NCBI GenBank assembly: GCA_964016885.1
Contig: OZ024755.1
Location: forward strand, 28,520,001 to 28,584,000
Length of the DNA: 64,000 bases
Origin: Eledone cirrhosa
Lineage: Eukaryota
Reading direction: 5' to 3'
The translations under genes were made by a program, and so were the position numbers. Numbering within the stretch: position 1 is the first letter of the stretch; every line of letters begins with the position of its first letter. Shown here piece by piece: positions 13,553 through 26,838 of the stretch. Below the pieces are notes generated by a model. The model saw only the letters and a list, made by a program, of their open reading frames with translations, was not told the DNA's origin and searched no databases.

Positions 13553-13919
13553 CTCTGTGTGTGTTTTCACGTGTGTATGGTTCAATGTATTTAGGTCACA
13601 CACACAATTATATTCATACATAAACTTATATCGATTATTAAAGTATATTAATGACAAAAATAGATAAATGTATTCAGAGATTAGAGAGACAGGCGGACGG
13701 ACAAACAGACTTGAATATTTTTTTTTTATATCACAGTCACAGAAATTCTTTCAAATATTTCGGCTTTAAAATAAACACGAAAGAGACAGCATGTCATAGC
13801 AACAGTAACCATGACAACGTGAAAAATACAAACATCAACAGAAGTTGAATTAACAGAAATCTCTCATGAAATTCGATACTTTAAAAGTTTCTTCAGATGG
13901 TAAAGGAAATAGCTATGAT

Positions 13920-14555
13920 AATTGTTTCCACTTTAAGCACAAGGCCAACGATTTAAATAGGAAAGTCGCTTCAACCGACCCCAGTGCATTACTGGTACTT
14001 TATGTTATCGACCCAGTTAAGGATGAAAGGCAAAGTTAACCTCGGCGGGATTTGAACTCAGACCGTAAAGGGTCGTAACTCTATGTTGCAAAGCATGGCA
14101 TCCGATCCTCTTCCGATGCTGCCAATCCACGGCTCTAAATAATGGTTTCTAGTATAGACACAAGGCCAGTAATTTGGTGGTAGGGGAAAGTCGATTAAAT
14201 CGACCCCAGTACATTACTGGTGCTATATTTTATCGACCCCGTAAGGATGAAAGGCAAAGTTAACCTCGGCGGGTTTTGAACTCAGACCGCAAAGGATCGT
14301 AACTCTATGCTGCAATGCATGGCATCCGACCCTCTACCGATACTGCTACCACCGCCCTTATGATAATTGTTTCTACTTTAGGCACAAGGCCAGCAATTAC
14401 CCAGTGCATTACTGGTACTTTATGTTATCGACCCCGTAAGGATGAAAGGCAAATTCAACCTCGGCGGGATTTGAACTCAGATCGTAAAGGGACGTAACTA
14501 TGCGTCAAAGCATGGCGTCCGACCCTCCACCGATACTGCCAATCCACCGCCCTTA
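13920..14555 (-). mobile_element. Three consecutive S1 SINE copies
   Basis: Three repeats of ggcacaaggcc...ccagtgcattactggtac...ggatgaaaggcaaag...gaactcaga...gccaatccaccgccc. Confidence 0.9.
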
Positions 14556-15173
14556 GGATAATAATAATAAATAAGGATAAGAAAAAGAAGAAGGAGGAGG
14601 AAGAGGAAGAGGAGAATTAGAAGAAGACTGCAGTAGTAAACAGTCTGTCAAATAAAGGAAGTAAATCGGATGTTAACATTCAAGTTTTCATTCAGGGTGG
14701 AAATCTGGGTAGTAAAATGTCAGTTGCCTCAGGGTATGGTTGACAATTCCATTCGGAATTCTAATCTATTCTACGCCAAAAACTAACTCGACAAATATGT
14801 TGTTCATTCTTTTGTAATGTATGTATATATTTAAACTTTCTTTTTGTCTATATGTCTGTCTCCGTCTCCCTCAATATATGTATATATACTTATACATATA
14901 CTTATATATATATATATACTTATATATATATATACTTATATATATGTAGGAGGTGAGTTTTATTGTAGTACAATAAAGCAATGCAGATATCGGATAAGAA
15001 GCACTCTACAGTTTGTAGGACTGGAGTATACATAATATATAAGAACAAAATTGAAATGCGCATAATAAAATACATGGAACTCTTTTAACCATCTTTTGTT
15101 CTTATATATTATACTTATATATATATTATATTTATATATATAAGTATAAGTATATGTATAAGTATATATATAA

Positions 15174-15258
<85 letters not shown>

Positions 15259-15607
15259 TGCCTAAGACAGAGGGGTATGACAAAGAACGAGAGAAACATT
15301 TAGTATGAGTAAAACTTCAGTTTATTTGACTCAGTATGGGAACACATAAAAAAAAACTCCACCAAAGCAATTGGTTCTCGTCTTATGGCTAATTAGCTAA
15401 TTATAAGAAGTTCTAATTAAACTTCCTTCCGGAAAGAGAATATATAGTGAAAAACAACGCAGATACCACACAATCGGAACCTAAAGGAAGCTGTCAGTCT
15501 AATTTCCATGATGTGTATGTGCTAGCGATGTAATTCATCAGATGACATCTTTATTCACGAATAATCATATATTACGAAATATTGAAAGTGAGTAATGGTA
15601 TCATTTC

Positions 15608-15740
15608 CGTTGGGTCGTCGGTGACTAAACGCGCAACCCCACCAAGTTTACTTGGTAAGGAGGGTGATTTTGGACACCCTGCAGGACCTGACAAAACCTG
15701 ACAAAGGGCGGGAGAACTCAAAAGAGTCAACGGCCATCTA
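15608..15740 (+). mobile_element. 5' fragment of RTE-derived element (A/B leader)
   Basis: gggtcgtcggtgactaaac...caccaagtttacttggta...gagtcaacggccatc. Confidence 0.7.
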
Positions 15741-16329
15741 AAAAAAAAAAAAAAATCCTGCCAAATGAATGGGTGGCAGTAGTTCCAGCTGCACGCATCG
15801 AAAGACTGGTGTAGTGGTTCTGAGAACAATGCGGCTTTGCAGATGATCAATGCAAATAATATAAAAATGTCATAGATTCGACATTATGTGAGATAATTAT
15901 GTAAAATATAGTGTTTAACATGAAAATATAGCTGTAAATATAAAGTAATGTATATGCTAAAGGGTTAGGGTTACATCATGTCACATGAAATTAAGTGTGA
16001 AGTGGCTTAGATTTCCATAAACAATGTACCCTTTGAATTTTTATCAGAAAGATTCAGGATGACATGACACATTGTCTAAAAAGACAGCCAAAAAAGACAG
16101 GCTCTATGAATCACTTAGAACTCATTCTTCCCAACTGAGAGAAATAGAACAAATTTCAAGAAAACTTTTCACAACTGCACAGCTAGCCGTAAAATAGCAA
16201 GCCGAAACTAGAAGCATTCAGTCAAGTGACCTCCAATAGTTATATCTATTACATTCATGTTAAATGCATTTCAATGTAGTGTAGTGTTTTGAAGTTTTTA
16301 CTTTAATTTTCCAATACCTAAATACATAC

Positions 16330-16684
16330 ATGATGGCTGCTCCCTCGTTATCGAGTATGGCCATTGCACGATGTAACATTACTAATAATTATCAATTAAT
16401 GCTACTGTGAAATGCCTGTGCGTAAAGATTGTTTTTTTAAAGTGAGGCAAGACTGTGCACTGAGCCAATCCCACTCTGTGGGCGACAGTAACTATAACCC
16501 GAAAAGAAGAAAAGATCAACATCATCGGTAACTACTGAGCTGCAGGATTTATGTCGGACTTATCCCAGTTTCCTGAGTTGCATTCTCCTAGAAGAATGCC
16601 CTGACAAAGGCTAGGAGGTCCTTCACTCCTAGTGGTTTAACCACGCGATCGGGTACCCAGTCCGATTATTTCTATGTCACCGCG
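16330..16684 (-). mobile_element. Non-autonomous RTE-derived element, subfamily C
   Basis: Shares the 3' end and the ctaggagaa/gacaaaggcta region with subfamily B but has a different 5' end; flanked by (CATA)n. Confidence 0.65.
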
Positions 16685-16760
16685 CATACACATATACATA
16701 CATACATACATACATACATACATACATACATACATACATACATACATACATACATACATA

Positions 16761-19700
16761 GTCAGTCAACGCGATCATTAAACTGAAGATGAATACTATC
16801 TCCGACAGTCATGCCACAACTACCAGTCATGTTGAATAACTGGTTATTCTTCTAACTATATCCACTGAAGACAACTTTTATTCGAATTCGTAGAGGTATC
16901 CGACTAAATACATAATTCATTTTACAAGGATTTGCTACAAACAGCATGGCTGAACACAACATCAACAACTTCAACATCAGTGGAGTAACGAAGAAAAACG
17001 AGAAACAAAATTTATTCAGTTTTAGCTACAAAAGAAACCGAAATTATAAATCGCATTCCGCTTGGAGTTGCGAACTTAATGATGATTTATTTAATTGTTA
17101 TACAATGGCAAAAAACAATCCCTCCATTGGCTATATGAACAGAATGAAGCTACACTGGGATGAAATACACCGAGAGCTAAATCACTTCACAGCGAAACAA
17201 TTACGCCAACAAGCGACGTTTGTTGAACGTAAAAATAAGATGAATATTATTAATTGTAAGTCCCCCACAACAAACATCACGTGCTACAGGTCGCCATGCT
17301 ACTAGACTTCCTAGCAGCCAGGTCGAACTCTGCCTTGAAACAACTATGCCTGTAAGAAATTTGACACCACGTGTACCATCAGAGTCTACCTCGACTATTG
17401 TGGAAAATACTATCGATAATGATAATAATCAAAATTATAAACAATTGAAAATTTCCCCCAACGAAATCTTCCAGAGAGAAATTAATTCATGTATAAACAT
17501 TTCTCTTGCTGAACGTTTTAAAACAACAATATTTAGTAAAAAACCAAATAATGAAATATTACGTGTTATTGACGAAATAAGGGATGAATATTTACGACGG
17601 ATAAAAACCCTAACATTTTGGCAAATCAACGCCTGTTTATATGCCTTAGCAACGACAGTGAAGCATTATCTTGGTGATAGCAGAGATATTAACAAGAACA
17701 AAACACCACCAAAAATACCATCATTTATAACTAAAATAGAAACAAAGATTGCTGACCTACGTAAAACCATAGGATATGTGACAATGCTCCTTACATGATA
17801 GAGGCTTGCTAAAGCTCCAGACATTATTATCAGAGCCATAGAGAAGCTGCTTCGTATTGGGCTACTATCCTAAAGTTAAAGACAGAGAAGGAGGACTCTA
17901 TTTTCACTGATAAAATAAAATATCGCAGGGGTATATTTCAAGGGGACAGTCTCTCTGTGATATTATTCATACTGTCATTAAACACCTTGTCCTTTCTGCT
18001 GAAGAAATGTGAAGGATAAATTATTGGTTCACAGGGGGACAGAAATACGAACCTAACCCATAATTTCTTTGTGGATGATCTGAAACTCTATGCCAAGAAC
18101 ATGGATGAAGAAAATCTTGACCTGGTTACAACATTCTCAAAGGATATAGGAATGGAGTTTGGCCAAGATAAATGCTCATACATGACTGTAAAGCGGGGAA
18201 AAACAACAATCCAATCTAGCAACATTGTCATCAATGGCCTAACTGTTTCACCAATATCTGATAAGGATTGCTACAGATACCTGGGGATAGATGAGAACAT
18301 ATCCTATAATGGTATCTGTAATACGGAACGCAACCAGGGAATACTACACCCGATTAAGAAAGATATGGTCATCGGATCTCTCTGCGCTAAACAAAACTGT
18401 GGCTTACAATGTGTTTGCTGTGCCTATCCTAACACCAACTTTTGGAATACTCAGTTGGACAATAGACGAAATCAGAGCTATTGATGTTGGAACTAGAAAA
18501 ATACTAAACAACACCGGAAACTTCCACATCAACAGTGACATAGACCGCCTTTACTTGAAACGTAAGCAGGGAGGCAGAGGACTAAGATCAGTCCAGACAG
18601 CATTTGAATGTCGCATCATATCCCTCCGACAACATCTACGAACCTCGAAGCGTAGGAGCCCGTCTCTCGAGCAAGTATATCTGCATGAGACAGATAAGAT
18701 GATGAGCGTTGGGAAGGAACTCCTCGAGAGGTATTCCTTGTGTGATAATCAGAAACTCACACCCAGGGAAGTTGCTCAGCAGTATCGCAGTGAATCCATG
18801 GATAAAAAACTGTATGCTTATCAGCAAAAAATCATGCATGGATATGTTGTCAGGAAGCTCCAGAGTGAGAGTAATATAGATAAAGAAAGTAGTCTGTCTT
18901 GGACCAACAACCGCTATATTGGCTCCTACTTTGAAGAATACGCTTTTCCAATCTAAGAACAGGAAATCAACACGAAATACCTGATTCACAAAAGAGATAG
19001 GGATGCAGGCAAAACACCTAGATATGATAACAAGTGCAGGCTCTGCAGAATTAACATCGAAGATGTCACCCATGTCATAAGCAGCTGTCCAAAGATGTCA
19101 TCGCGGTACTATCTACCTATGAGGCATGATGTAGCGGCCAAAACACTGTACAATGCAATCCGTAGAAAAGATAGCTCCGATAATAAACACATTAAAAGCT
19201 ATAGCAATGTGGAAGACATACATATACACAATATGAAATAGTACTGGTGGAATGTTCCAGTAAAAACCCCAATAAAATGCAGGCATAACAGACCAGATAT
19301 TATATGGGACAGGGAAACGAAGGCATGGACAGTAGTGGAAGTTAGCTGTCCAGCAGATGCCAATATAATATCAAAGATTAGCGAAAAGGAGAATATTTAT
19401 GCAGAACTGATGAGAATTCTGCAGATACTCCACCCTTCAAATTTATGGCTGTGATTATTGGGGTCCTGGGGTATGTTAGTAACTGTCTCAATACAAATTT
19501 TGAGAAGCTGGGAACAGAAAGAACTCAACTAGTTAGGAAATTACAAGTACAATCCATTAATGGAACAATAAAAAATATGTAAAACATTCCAAAAATGTTA
19601 CATTTAATAACTGCATATACACATGTACAGATACCTAGCATATACACATATACACATAACTTAAAACATCCACATCCACACATACCATCCATACCTGCAC

Positions 19701-19866
19701 ACACACAATAACATCCATACCTGCACACACACACATGCATGCAGACATCCATACATATCTATCTAGTTGATGTTGTGTAAATTCCAATGAGAGAGTATTG
19801 TGTCTATGTTAGAAACCAACTCTCTCTCTATTGGTAAAACTTTGTGAAATTATAAAACCAGAAGAA
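16761..19866 (+). mobile_element. Degenerate, internally deleted R4/Dong-type non-LTR retrotransposon (RT + restriction-like endonuclease)
   Basis: YRRGIFQGDSLS (~17921), FVDDLKLY (~18068), YRYLGI, RLYLKRKQGGRGL, CRLC-x7-HVISSC zinc knuckle (~19035), RHD, HNRPDI...VEVSCP endonuclease; stops and frameshifts; (CATA)n on both sides. Confidence 0.9.
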
Positions 19867-21349
19867 CATACATACATATATACATGCATACATATATATT
19901 ATATATATACATATTTGTGTGTGTGTTGTGTGGGTGTTTCGCTTAGACACACCTTTCTGACGACTAAATACGGCACACATAAATTAGCCAAACATACACC
20001 ACACCTAATCCAATATGCAAATTAGATATAATTCCAATTAAAATCAACCGACAATACTTGTGATAAGATGACGAAATTGACCCGCCCGCAGTTTGATTTA
20101 TATCGATTTATGGCAACCAAAATACTTAGAACCATTTACTCTATAAGCACTGAATATTTATATACACACACACATCTTTATTTGTGAGTGAGTTGAGTAT
20201 GTCTAAACATATTATTGAATACCTATTCACATTTATCTACATGAATATTTAAATATACATATAAATTTATGGCTATTGATCTATCTGTATCTTTGATAAT
20301 CTACATAATTTACTCTTTAGAGTAAATATACTTAATATTCTGGTTATCGAAAGATTGATATATGCTATGGTGCAATTTTTTTAGTTGGTAATAAGCTCCC
20401 CACTACTCTGTGTCCTATTTATAATTTCACTATCATACTATATTAATGAGTGCATACACCAATAGACCATTTTCCGTTCTGTTCCTCTCTGTATATACTC
20501 ATATACATACACACGCACACATACAAATACACACATACATACTCTTAAGTTTATCAATACCGATACATATATACACATATGTATATATGAGGAATCTGTG
20601 TTTAGAAACGTTGAATTTTAAATATAGCTTGGCTTAAAGTTGTCAAGTTCATTGCGCGTTTTTAACTATCAAATATAATCCAACAAGTTGGGTATATCAA
20701 CCAATGAAAAAAAAGAAAGAGTGGACAGTTTCAGCCATACAGCAGATGCAAGTTCAAGTCCCCCACGTCTCGTTGTCTATTTTGTTTTTGTTTTTTTTTC
20801 TTTAATATCTCCAGAGTTTTATGTGTTCAATTGGTGTGATAATGTTTTATTGTCGAAGACGAGAGTGAGGCGATATGAGATGTGTTTTGCCCTGTATTCT
20901 GATTTCTTAGATATTCGAGTTAAACTAGGTTCCTCTTTAAGATTATCAGCCGGGATATTGGGTACATATAGACGAGTCAAATTTAAAGATTTTAAATCAG
21001 TTTTCTGGTTTTACTTTATTAGGTAATCATAAATGTATACACAAACATACACCCACACATATTCATGCAACTGTCTCACACACACCACACACGCACACGT
21101 ACCACACACAGTGTTGCAGCAATCTACAAAGTTTATTTGCATATGAAAATTGTTTCAATATCAATCAGCTCAGGGTAAAGTCTAGGTGACGCGGCCCGAC
21201 TCTTTTTCGACATCTCGGCAGTTACGCGAGCTTATATATGCAAAGGCACATCTAAATCTATTTACACTCTGCACACTACAGCAGTAACACTGGAATCTAA
21301 CCCAAAAGAAACCGTCCACTTTTGTTCCTCGGCTCCTTATTTGTCGGGG

Positions 21350-21625
21350 AGGAGCCCACATATTACGCAACTAACCATGGTGTATAGTCGCTATGTCAGA
21401 ATCACCCACCTGCGGCTCGTTGCCAAGCAGACGAGCTACAGCTGAGAGGGGACCCACCGATGGACCACGAGCAACATGGTTGCATAACATCCATGAGCTA
21501 GGTTAGTCTCACTTGGGAATCCAGTCGTATTAACTGGAGCTGGCTGTTTCTGATAGGACCCTCTAGAGTGCATAATCTAGTAACTCTTCTCGCACAACCC
21601 TCACAGGAATAAGTAGATGAAGAAA
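21350..21625 (+). mobile_element. Old RTE LINE 3' fragment
   Basis: Degenerate GxPRxTWLxNI...LGI...SDR...QPSQE* C-terminus. Confidence 0.55.
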
Positions 21626-22141
21626 CAAAAGAGACTTACACTAACATTTTTCAACAATTAACATTATAATGTTAAACAAAAACACTTTTTATGTTTACGC
21701 TAATAATTTCAACTTATATGAAAAGACTTTATATACTTTTTCACACTTCTAGAAATAGCTGCGACATGTGCCTCAAATTACATCGTGCCATTTAAAATGT
21801 GGACAAAAGCGCACCAAGATTTACAATTTCCGTCTAACAAATTACACACAAAATATATTTCTCGATCTGAGGCTAAGTAAAAGCTTCCACGCAAGGGGAA
21901 TGACTCCAGAGGCATGAATATCTGTAGTAACCATTTGCCGACCTACAGGCGCGCATGTACACACACACACACACACACACATTCACACACACACACATTC
22001 ACACACACAAATATGCACACACATATACTCACACACATACTAACATAATATTCATGCTATAAATAGCAGAAAAAATATCCTTCCGTTCACAATCTGCTGT
22101 CTTAAGGGAGGGCACATTCTTGTACATCTGTTACTTTATTT

Positions 22142-22432
22142 CAGGCATAGGCAACCTGTTTCGAGAAGCGGCCCGCTTGAGATATGACTTATCATCAGGC
22201 GGGCCGCAAGCACCAATTTACATTCGTGCTCACATTAAAAAAAACGGCAGTAACTCAGGTTGTTTTGATTTGTTCCTTCAGAATTCGTACACATTGTTTT
22301 CCTCGATCGTAAAAATGGTTGAAAGATAAATTACGACTGAAAAGTTGGGGTAAAAGAATCAGAAAGATGTCACATGGGTGACTTAGGCGAGCCATTCAGA
22401 AAGGTTTGAGGGCCCCAGGTTGTCCATGACTG
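22142..22432. mobile_element. hAT (Charlie-like) MITE with 8-bp TSD
   Basis: TIRs caggcataggcaacct / aggttgtccatgactg; perfect TSD ctttattt at 22134-22141 and 22433-22440. Confidence 0.9.
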
Positions 22433-23610
22433 CTTTATTTGAACACAAAGGGAATGTCTAAAATAGCAAAATCCCATGGATCATAGGACTCTAAGATCGA
22501 CGGTGATATAAATCGGTCAAAAGAACAATTAAATAACATGATGGATCCTGTGTTGGATTCGACGATGTACATTTCGATATTCGAAGAACTAAATGGAAGT
22601 GTAATGTACTGTATAGACTGTATAGACAAGTTATAGATCAATGTTTCTTTCTCAAGTTGATTCAGGTTTCAGATTAAATTAAGGGTATACATGCATGTGA
22701 TATTGAGACTAGAGAAAAAATACATTGACATTGACCAGGCTTGACCTGTAAATTGTATATGCAGTATATACAACACGCTTCCTATGAGGTTCTGTCTACC
22801 CAATTTCATTAAAACGTTTAGGTTAAAAGAAAATAAATACTCTTTTGAAGACGCCAAGCAGAGTTATTAAACCAGGGGACTCGTGATTGTGAAGCGAATT
22901 TCCTTAAAACTAAGCCGTACCTGCATGCACACAACGGCAAAGCAGCAATAGCAACATTCATTTAAGTAAACAACACAAACATTTAAAAGAAAAAGAATAT
23001 AAAATAATTAAAATGTTCTAACACTAATAGCCTCGCGGTTTTGTAACGAAAATAGCAGTTTTAAAGTGTTTTTGACTTTAATACAGCTAAACAATTGGGA
23101 GTAACATTATTAGAATAAGGATAATGGTGTCACCATCAGTGTACAACTAACATCCAAGCTGAGACATAAATATAAATAGAATTTACAAAGAATCGCCACA
23201 AAGAAAAAAAAGGGAAAATAAATTTTTTTTTAGGAAAGAAAGAGGAGAGAGTTCGTAAGAACACAATACAGACATTACAACTATCGTAACGAAAGTCCGC
23301 AAGGATTATATTATTAAAATACATGCCTCTCAACAATGGTATCATGAGAATACGGAGTATATATATGCGCTAACGCATACAAACATACACATATACACAC
23401 ACACACATACACACACTCATACACAAACACGCACACACATACACACACTCATACACACACATACGGAGTATATATATATGCGCTAACACATACAAACATA
23501 CACATATACACACACACACTCATACAAACACACACACATACACAAACACGCACACACACATACACACACTCATACAAACACATACACACACATACACAAA
23601 CACACAAATG

Positions 23611-23644
<34 letters not shown>

Positions 23645-23793
23645 AATGTAGGCATGCGTATGTTACAAATGTAATATATTTTCTTTTTTATTATTTATTT
23701 TCTGCAACTGTTTTTGTAAATCTATGATTTGTACGCATGCCTGTTATATATATTTGTATACACACACGCACACAGATAGACCCACATCCACAA

Positions 23794-23826
<33 letters not shown>

Positions 23827-23903
23827 CATGTATATATACACACATATATATATATATACACACATATATATATACACACATATATATATACATATATTTA
23901 TGT

Positions 23904-23979
<76 letters not shown>

Positions 23980-24208
23980 TTACACACAGGGGCCTGCTCT
24001 TTTCCTTGCTAACTTGCAGGACCGCGAGATTAGGAAGAATGTAAAGTAAAGGGGACGACAATGCGAGTCAGCCGAAAAACAGAGGACTCTCAGTTTTGAC
24101 TATAAAGAATTTTTATAGCTATATTGAACCTTAAAACATACTGAGTATTCCATTGAATAGTTACATCTGTGGTTTACTGTGCGAGTTTCCATATATATAT
24201 ACATATAT

Positions 24209-24450
24209 AACGAAGGAAATGTGGTAAGGAACCAGGTGGACAATAACGCACCAAAGTACTCAATACTTACGGTAGTAGAGTGGGTAATAGGAACCAGTAA
24301 GACCCCGACGGCTGAGCTCAAGCCGTTTCGACGGCTAATTCTGGACTAAATGAAAATATATCCTGGTATTTAAATAGCCGAGCTTCTCAAGGGGTAATTC
24401 TATATATGGTCAAAGTGATTGTCAAAAGTTAGTAGTAATTCTGTGATGGC
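24209..24450 (-). mobile_element. Penelope-like P1 copy, longest, without fold-back; contains complete HHR scaffold 24302-24395
   Basis: Minus strand ACCCC ttgagaa gctCGGCTA...TAGCCGtc GAAA CGGCT tgagctc AGCCG TC GGGGT; the core differs from CTGAGGA by two transitions. Confidence 0.7.
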
Positions 24451-24475
24451 TATATATATATATATGTGTGTGTGT

Positions 24476-25010
24476 GTCAGGTCGCTCTAAAGTGCTACTG
24501 GCAACATGTAACCCAGTACAACCTGTCCCATTGTCGGGTCGTTGGCGCGGCTAAACCGGCAACCCCACCAAGCTAGCTCGGTGAGGAGGGTGATATTGTG
24601 ACGCCCTGCGGCATGAAATACAAGACCCGGTGAAGGGTGGAGGAGCTCAGCAGAGATAACAGCCATCCAAATAGTAGGGGTTTTTTTTGCCAGGGTGTGA
24701 AAGGCCCCCAGTTGTTCTGACAACAACTTTCTAGGAGATGCAAAACTCAGAAAAAAAAAAACATGCAGGTTTGGAAGTAAGCATCCGATGATGTTGACCA
24801 GTTCTCCTTTTCGGGTAGTGTTTTCGATGCTCAGGGAGTGGGATTAGTCGACTGTAAGGCCTTTCCCCACTTAAAAAACCTTCAAGGCACAGGCATGATT
24901 TATTCAGGATATGTTACACTTTGGTGTGACTGGCCGTAGCTTAAAAGTGCACCAAACACTATAATCTGACAAACGATTGCAATACTCTTAGCAGAGTTTG
25001 CAACCGTCAT
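24476..25010 (+). mobile_element. Non-autonomous RTE-derived element, subfamily A
   Basis: Homologous to 7021-7547. Confidence 0.75.
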
Positions 25011-25026
25011 ATATATATATATATTT

Positions 25027-25221
25027 AGGAACGAGTAGGACCCCGACGGCTGAGCTCAAGCCGTTTCGACGGCTAATTCTAGACTCCAGAATTAGCCGTC
25101 GAAACGGCTTGAGCTCAGCCGTCGGGGTCCTACTCGTTCCTATTACCCACTCCACTACCTTAAGTATTGAGTACTTTGGTGCGTTATGGTCCACCTGGTT
25201 CCTTACCACATTTCCTCCGTT
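25027..25221 (+). mobile_element. Penelope-like P1 fold-back copy
   Basis: ~55-bp-arm hairpin taggaacgagtaggacccc...ggggtcctactcgttccta followed by the P1 tail; TA-flanked. Confidence 0.8.
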
Positions 25222-25226
25222 ATATA

Positions 25227-25265
<39 letters not shown>

Positions 25266-25574
25266 ATATATACATTTTTATATTTATATATATATATACA
25301 TTTTTATATTTATATATATATATATTTTGCCCGTTATTTTATTTCAGCCTCACTTAATTTATCCTATACTCTGTTTTCAAATCCATATTACTATTTCATA
25401 AATAAATATTTCTTCTGATGAATATTTGTCTTCAAGAATCCACTGGTAAATGAAATAATTATCTCATGTTGTTTATTACATAACTAAAAAGCTCTGTAGC
25501 CTACATAGAGTACTCTCTCTTCCTTTACCTTTCCTACGGAAATACTTCATTTATATATATATATATGTATATAT

Positions 25575-26460
25575 ACGAAGGTCCGACTTCCACACCGATC
25601 TCAAGCTGTGGCACGCCGCCCAGTCATTGCTCTTCCTCTCAACCACATCATCTTCCGTATTCCCAATCTTTGCTCCCAAATACAGGAAGTCCTCAACCAA
25701 TTCTAGCGGCTTGCCGCCTACATTAGTGATCCCCTCGGGCTTCTCAACATTCTCTACCAGATATTTTGTTTTAGTCTCATTCATTCTCAGCCCTACACTC
25801 ATCGACACAGTCTCTGCCTCCTTCACTGTATTTGTCACCAAAACTATGTCGTCGACAAATTCAGCATCTAATATCTTTTTCGCCTTAACTCTCCTGCTCT
25901 GAGCCGGTGCTACAGTAAAGCCAGAGTCCTGGTGTTTCTCCAGTGCAAGACGCATACAATACTCAACTACGATGATAAAAAGGTAGGGAGCCAATATATT
26001 TTCGTAAAGACCTGAAAAATCCGCCTCTTCGTTGCTGTAGTGGAGTCTGTGCTGCTGTACGGGTCTGAGACTTGGACACTGACCAAGAAACTCACTCAGA
26101 TGGTGGATGGGTGCTACACGAGAATGCTGAGGATGGCTCTGAACATTAATCAGTATACACTGAGGATGAACAACTCAGAGCTGTATGGGAGCCTCCCAAA
26201 AGTTACCTCAAAAGTGACACAGAGGAGACTGAGGTTAGCTGGACATGCTCACCACATCCAGAGATGACATTGCACTCAGTGCTCCTGTGGGAGTCCCTAC
26301 ATGGGCAGACTGGAAGAGGAAGACCAAGGTTAACGTATGTTGATGCCCTAAGGACAGACACTGGTCTGTTGGAGACGCAGGACATGGCAGCGATAATGAG
26401 GGACAGAGACCGCTGGAGAGATCTCATCCATGGATCTCGGGAATGTTTACCCGCCCTAGA
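25575..26460. mobile_element. 5'-truncated RTE-clade LINE with 5' inversion
   Basis: Minus 25575-25994 encodes LAPYLF...EFVDDIVL...FLYLG...VWKSDLR. Plus 26001-26460 continues RKDLK...VESVLLYGSETW...RGRPRLTY to the 3' end cccgccctaga. Confidence 0.9.
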
Positions 26461-26507
26461 GAATGTATATATACATATATGTATATATATATATGTGTGT
26501 GTGTGTG

Positions 26508-26544
<37 letters not shown>

Positions 26545-26772
26545 AAACAGTGAGCAGGTTTGAAAATAGAAAACCGTATTTTTTGACAAGTAATTTTAGT
26601 CTGATAATGGGGTGTAGAACCCTCAGATAAATGGAAAAAAATGAGTATTGACGTATATTGACGCCACATATATATATAGATATATATACAATATATTAAT
26701 AAATGGAAACTATATTTATACAACCATATTTATTTTATTATATATATTTCAAGGGCAACCAAGGCAAATCTG

Positions 26773-26838
26773 TATTTTATCTGATGAAAGCGCACCATAA
26801 TTTGCCTTGGTTGCCCTTGAAATATATATAATAAAATA
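26773..26838 (+). ncRNA. Minimal type I hammerhead ribozyme within fold-back element 26691-26878
   Basis: TATTTTAT CTGATGA AAGcGCACCA-loop-TGGtTGCcCTT GAAA TATATA TA ATAAAATA: 8-bp stem I, complete core, palindromic ATATATAT stem III, AUA site. The element has ~78-bp inverted arms. Confidence 0.78.

Noticed and set aside
14690-14765. Possible terminal exon NSEWNCQPYPEATDILLPRFPP*
   Set aside because: Weak acceptor and no supporting partner exons.
15957-15973. Telomeric TTAGGG repeat
   Set aside because: Only about two units, and identical to the piggyBac MITE end motif ctaaagggtta.
22435-22857. Two short minus-strand ORFs as host exons
   Set aside because: No recognisable homology, and the two frames I read after the candidate acceptor near 22920 close quickly.
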